Positions 36,638 through 40,000 of a DNA stretch of 40,000 nt are shown here, in pieces. The DNA is from Fidelibacterota bacterium. GTDB lineage: Bacteria; Fidelibacterota; Marinisomatia; Marinisomatales; TCS55. The number at the start of each line of letters is the position of its first letter. Within the stretch, counting starts at the first letter, position 1. The notes under the pieces are model-generated. The model was not told the origin of the DNA. It did not search any database and worked only from the letters and a program-made list of their open reading frames with translations. A program made the position numbers and the translations under genes. The stretch lies in assembly GCA_027251445.1 (NCBI GenBank), contig JAPNQO010000084.1, positions 1 to 40,000 of the forward strand, given 5' to 3'.

Positions 36638-37318
36638 TTATGAAAAAGTTTTTGAAAATTGACTGAAATTATAAATTAATAACTGACGACCTTTACGAGA
36701 TAAAAGACCTTTCTCTTCAAGAAGTTTGAAAGTTCGTGATACGGTTTCTCTGGAGGTTCCAGCCATATTTGCAATATCTTGTTGAAATGGGAGATTATTA
36801 ATTTTCACGCTCCCTTGCTTAATAGTACCTAATTCTTCTGCTAATCTAATTAATGTAATACCAATACGCTGTTCAACATCACTTAAAGATAAACTTTCTA
36901 TTTGTTGATCACTTTTTCTTAAACGATGAGTAAGCTCCTCTAACAAACATATAGATATTTTTGGATATTGCTCAAGGATGTCTAAGAATTCATTCCGTGC
37001 CAATGTTAACACTTCTGACGCTTCCAATGATACTACATTAGCAGACCTACCATCTCCATCCAATAAAGACATTTCTCCAAAGAAATCGGCTTCACCTAAC
37101 ATTGCAAGTATTACTTCTCGTCCATCATCACTTAGGCGAGTAATCTTCACGCTTCCTTTTGCAATAACAAAAAATGTTTGACCAAGATCATCTTCTAAAA
37201 GAATCATTTGGTTCTTATTAAATTTTCTGTGCGTCATACGTTCAGCAATCTTAGTCAAATCAGACTTAGATAAATCTGAGAAAATTGGTACGGACTCTAA
37301 CAAAGATAATTTATCCAT
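36638..37318 (-). CDS. Crp/Fnr family transcriptional regulator
   Basis: 226 aa. cNMP-binding fold (FFGEMSLLDGDGRSANV) and a C-terminal HTH (IANMAGTSRETVSRTFKLLEEKGLL). No N-terminal Cys cluster, so it is not an FNR-type O2 sensor. Confidence 0.88.
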   Translation of the reverse strand: MDKLSLLESVPIFSDLSKSDLTKIAERMTHRKFNKNQMILLEDDLGQTFFVIAKGSVKITRLSDDGREVILAMLGEADFFGEMSLLDGDGRSANVVSLEASEVLTLARNEFLDILEQYPKISICLLEELTHRLRKSDQQIESLSLSDVEQRIGITLIRLAEELGTIKQGSVKINNLPFQQDIANMAGTSRETVSRTFKLLEEKGLLSRKGRQLLIYNFSQFSKTFS

Positions 37319-37463
37319 GTAGAAAGATACGTTTTCTTACGGTTAATTCAAAATTTTGGATTCAAAAACTTATTTAAAAAAATTGATTCCTATCTTGTTT
37401 CAAAATAAGTTCCCGATCAAGTTTTAATTATAAAATAAAAATTATAGGAATATTTGATTAATT

Positions 37464-37718
37464 ATGGATAGACATCCCCAACAGATAAAACGTGAGCGTC
37501 AAGATAAAAAACGCCGTCAAAATAATGTTTCTCGTATGTCAGAGTTAAAAACGTCAATAAAAAAAGTGCTTTCTACAAATGATCATAAAAAAGCACAAGA
37601 AATATATAGAGATACTGTAAAACAAATAGATAAGGCTGCAAGTAAAGGTCTAATTAAAAAAAATACGGCATCTAGACGTAAATCTCGTATTACACGACAT
37701 CTAAATTCTCTTTCTTAA
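37464..37718 (+). CDS. rpsT: 30S ribosomal protein S20
   Basis: 84 aa, very basic. The N-terminal KRERQDKKRRQNN and helical remainder are typical of S20. It is the only plus-strand gene in the window. Confidence 0.88.
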   Translation: MDRHPQQIKRERQDKKRRQNNVSRMSELKTSIKKVLSTNDHKKAQEIYRDTVKQIDKAASKGLIKKNTASRRKSRITRHLNSLS

Positions 37719-37748
37719 TAAACTATACTGATTTTTAAATAAACTTCG

Positions 37749-37774
37749 CTGATGAATAGGTATTTATTCATCAG
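37749..37774. terminator. Perfect 10-bp hairpin at the convergent rpsT/guaB junction (possible bidirectional terminator)
   Basis: CTGATGAATA (37749..37758) pairs perfectly with TATTCATCAG (37765..37774), with the 6-nt loop GGTATT. The guaB stop codon (37764..37766) lies at the loop/stem boundary. There is no clean T-run on the plus side, and only a moderately T-rich tail (GAAGTTTATTT) on the minus side. Confidence 0.35.
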
Positions 37775-39233
37775 AAATTTGATAATTAGGCGCTTCTTTA
37801 ATAACCTTTACCTCATGTGGATGGCCTTCCTTTACACCAGCACTTGTAATTTGAATGAAATTACTATTTTTACTAAAGTTTGAAATTGTGTCAGCTCCAC
37901 AATAACCCATAGAAGCTTTTAATCCTCCAGTCAACTGATGAATAGTATTTCGAACTGGTCCTCTATATGGAACCATACCCTCTATACCTTCAGGAACTAA
38001 TTTTGTTGATTCAGCGCCCTCTTGGAAATAACGATCCCCACTTCCTTCCTTCATCGCTCCTAGGGAGCCCATACCACGATATGATTTATATTGTCTACCT
38101 TCAAATAATATAGTTTCACCCGGGCTTTCATCCATTCCAGCCAGTAAGCTTCCTAACATCACAGAGCTTGCTCCAGCAGCAATTGATTTTGCTATATCAC
38201 CGCTGTAACGTATTCCACCATCTGCTATAATTGGAATATTAGATTTTGCAGCCTCTTCGGCGCAATCCATAATTGAAGATAATTGTGGAACTCCAACACC
38301 TGCAACTACTCTTGTTGTACAACTAGCTCCTGCACCTATTCCTATTTTTGGACAGTCAACTCCAGCATCTATCAGAGACCTTACTCCCTCTTTAGTTGCT
38401 ACATTCCCAGCAATTAGAGCCATTGTGCCTATACTATGCTTCAATTTTTCAATTAATTTTAATACGCCAGAAGAGTGACCATGAGCAGTATCTACTACTA
38501 ATGCATCTAAACCAGAATTTTGCAGTGCTTGAGCACGTTCAATTGCTTCATCATTAACACCTATAGCTGCAGCAACTCTTAAACGTCCATTTTTATCTTT
38601 ACATGCGATAGGAAATTGTTCTTTTTTTTGAATATCTTTGACGGTTATTAGCCCTGCTAGTGAGCCGTCTCCATCAACTACTAATAGTTTCTCTATACGA
38701 TGTTCTTGAAGTATTTCTTTTGCTTTATCCAAAGTAGTACCTACGGGTACTGTAACTAAACTTTCAGTAGTCATACGATCACTAACAAATAGATCTAAAT
38801 CTTTTTCAAAACGAATATCTCTATTGGTAATTATTCCAACTAGTTTTCCATCTTTAACGACAGGTAGTCCGCTAATATGATAATTATCCATCATCGCTTT
38901 TGCTTCACGTATTGTTTTAGAAGGATCCATAATAAGAGGATTTATTATCATTCCACTTTCTGATCTTTTTACTTTATCAACCATATTTACTTGATCAGAA
39001 ATTGAAAGATTTTTATGAATAACTCCCATTCCACCTTCTCTGGCTAACGCAATAGCCATTTCGCTTTCAGTTACTGTATCCATTGCAGCACTTATTAACG
39101 GTATATTTATTTTTATACTACTAGTAATATTAGAAGACAAATTCACATCTTTAGGGAGCACTTTTGATGACTGTGGTACAAGAAGAACATCATCAAAAGT
39201 ATATTTATAAATGAATGGTGGTTTATTTGGCAT
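37764..39233 (-). CDS. guaB: Inosine-5'-monophosphate dehydrogenase
   Basis: 489 aa. The catalytic loop [11 protein letters not shown], a CBS pair inserted in the barrel, and GSLLAG...YRGMGS. Confidence 0.97.
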   Translation of the reverse strand: MPNKPPFIYKYTFDDVLLVPQSSKVLPKDVNLSSNITSSIKINIPLISAAMDTVTESEMAIALAREGGMGVIHKNLSISDQVNMVDKVKRSESGMIINPLIMDPSKTIREAKAMMDNYHISGLPVVKDGKLVGIITNRDIRFEKDLDLFVSDRMTTESLVTVPVGTTLDKAKEILQEHRIEKLLVVDGDGSLAGLITVKDIQKKEQFPIACKDKNGRLRVAAAIGVNDEAIERAQALQNSGLDALVVDTAHGHSSGVLKLIEKLKHSIGTMALIAGNVATKEGVRSLIDAGVDCPKIGIGAGASCTTRVVAGVGVPQLSSIMDCAEEAAKSNIPIIADGGIRYSGDIAKSIAAGASSVMLGSLLAGMDESPGETILFEGRQYKSYRGMGSLGAMKEGSGDRYFQEGAESTKLVPEGIEGMVPYRGPVRNTIHQLTGGLKASMGYCGADTISNFSKNSNFIQITSAGVKEGHPHEVKVIKEAPNYQISDE

Positions 39234-39235
39234 AG

Positions 39236-40000
39236 TTAATAAATCTCATAATTTTTAATACATTTAAGAATTTCTCTAGATTTTATAAGATCATTGATCG
39301 ATTTAATGTCACCGTGCAAGGGTCTATCAGTCTTAGAGTAGTGCACATGTTTTTTCATTAGTTTAATAACAGGTAAAAAAGATTTTGCCACCTTCAAAGG
39401 GGCATGAAATAACTCATTAACAGTAGTAGAAGCAAGTAATTCAATAGATAAAATATTTCTAACATTATCAATTACTCGCAAGCACTTCCTACCTGCCCAC
39501 GGTGCCATACTTACAAAATCTTCCTGACCTCCAGAAGTTGAAATACTATCAACACTTGCTGGGTGAGTTAGTACCTTATTTTCAGAAACAAGACTTGCTG
39601 CAGTTACATGCGCAGTCATAAAACCCGATTCTAAACCAGGATTAGAAGCAATAAATGGAGGAATATAATCATCGACTCCTTTCATAAAGTAATGAATCCG
39701 TCTTTCAGCGATAGAACCAATTTCAGCTATTGCTATTGCTAAATTATCCATTGCTTGCGCGATAGATTCAGCATGAAAATGACCAGAATTCAGTATTTTT
39801 CCATTTGGCATAATTAGCGGATTATCACTGACACTATTAGCTTCATTTTCTACAATTTCTTTGACGCATTTATAATTTTCTCTACTTATTCCATGAACTT
39901 GTGGTATACATCGAAAACTATAAGGATCTTGAAGTCGATCACAATTTTTATGTGATAATACAATTTGACTTTTATCAAGGAGATTCCAAACATTTGAGGC
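39236..40000 (-). CDS. hutH: Histidine ammonia-lyase (partial; N-terminus beyond the right window edge)
   Basis: The track lists only 39236..39811 from an internal Met. The frame stays open to position 40000. My translation of 40000..39812 is ASNVWNLLDKSQIVLSHKNCDRLQDPYSFRCIPQVHGISRENYKCVKEIVENEANSVSDNPLI, continuing MPNGKILNSGHFHAE. QDxYSxRCxPQVHG and SxxDNPL are aromatic amino-acid ammonia-lyase motifs. Histidine specificity is the default family guess. Confidence 0.85.
   Translation of the reverse strand, partial: ASNVWNLLDKSQIVLSHKNCDRLQDPYSFRCIPQVHGISRENYKCVKEIVENEANSVSDNPLIMPNGKILNSGHFHAESIAQAMDNLAIAIAEIGSIAERRIHYFMKGVDDYIPPFIASNPGLESGFMTAHVTAASLVSENKVLTHPASVDSISTSGGQEDFVSMAPWAGRKCLRVIDNVRNILSIELLASTTVNELFHAPLKVAKSFLPVIKLMKKHVHYSKTDRPLHGDIKSINDLIKSREILKCIKNYEIY

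Noticed and set aside
37383-37396. FNR/CRP-like half-palindrome TTGATtcctATCTT in the divergent crp-rpsT region
   Set aside because: The second half-site matches only 3 of 5 positions of ATCAA, and the region is so AT-rich that such partial matches are expected by chance. I could not place promoters confidently here or upstream of groES, folB or the 23885 cassette.
39236-39811. Stand-alone 191-aa ORF as listed in the track
   Set aside because: The same frame stays open upstream to the window edge and encodes conserved ammonia-lyase motifs, so the listed Met is internal. The gene is a 5'-truncated hutH.

Overview
This is an AT-rich, very gene-dense bacterial chromosomal segment. GC is about 30% by eye, and the lines I hand-counted ranged from 28% to 47%. 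I count 44 protein-coding genes, 43 on the minus strand and only rpsT on the plus strand. Intergenic gaps sum to about 2-3% of the window. Fourteen to sixteen gene junctions are start/stop overlaps, seven of them ATGA and three TTGA.

The content is almost entirely core housekeeping:
- Chromosome and DNA: ftsK, smc, ruvA, ruvC, yebC, dut, and a deoxynucleoside kinase.
- Chaperones: groES-groEL.
- Folate and isoprenoid: folB, folK, a long-form ispG, and a polyprenyl synthase.
- Translation and RNA: rimO, rsmE, rpsT.
- Secretion and targeting: ftsY, tatC.
- Envelope and LPS: ddl, gmhB, waaA, a GT9 heptosyltransferase, a CDP-alcohol phosphatidyltransferase, and a LolA-like protein.
- Metabolism: gcvT, guaB, hutH.

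Two edge-truncated genes are missing or mis-sized in the ORF track. One is a UpxY/RfaH-type NusG paralog at 1..396. The other is hutH, which runs to position 40000 rather than starting at 39811. One 57-codon gene (15862..16035) falls below the track cutoff.

The regulatory sites I can support are a perfect CIRCE operator upstream of groES and a strong bidirectional terminator after groEL. I saw no tRNA, rRNA, CRISPR, transposase, integrase or recognisable defence gene.

Lineage hints are inference only. Diderm LPS genes, a UpxY-type NusG paralog, a long-form IspG, Shine-Dalgarno usage and extreme streamlining suggest a streamlined, possibly marine, FCB-group-like bacterium.

I do not see a convincing novel system here. 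The least explained parts are:
- a translationally coupled three-gene envelope cassette (21613..23885);
- a coupled DoxX/oxidoreductase/ferredoxin/outer-membrane-barrel module (13451..16035);
- a secreted TPR pair with an extreme Lys/Ser polybasic tract (25893..28800);
- a MeaB-type GTPase with no mutase in the window, coupled to tatC (34949..37318).
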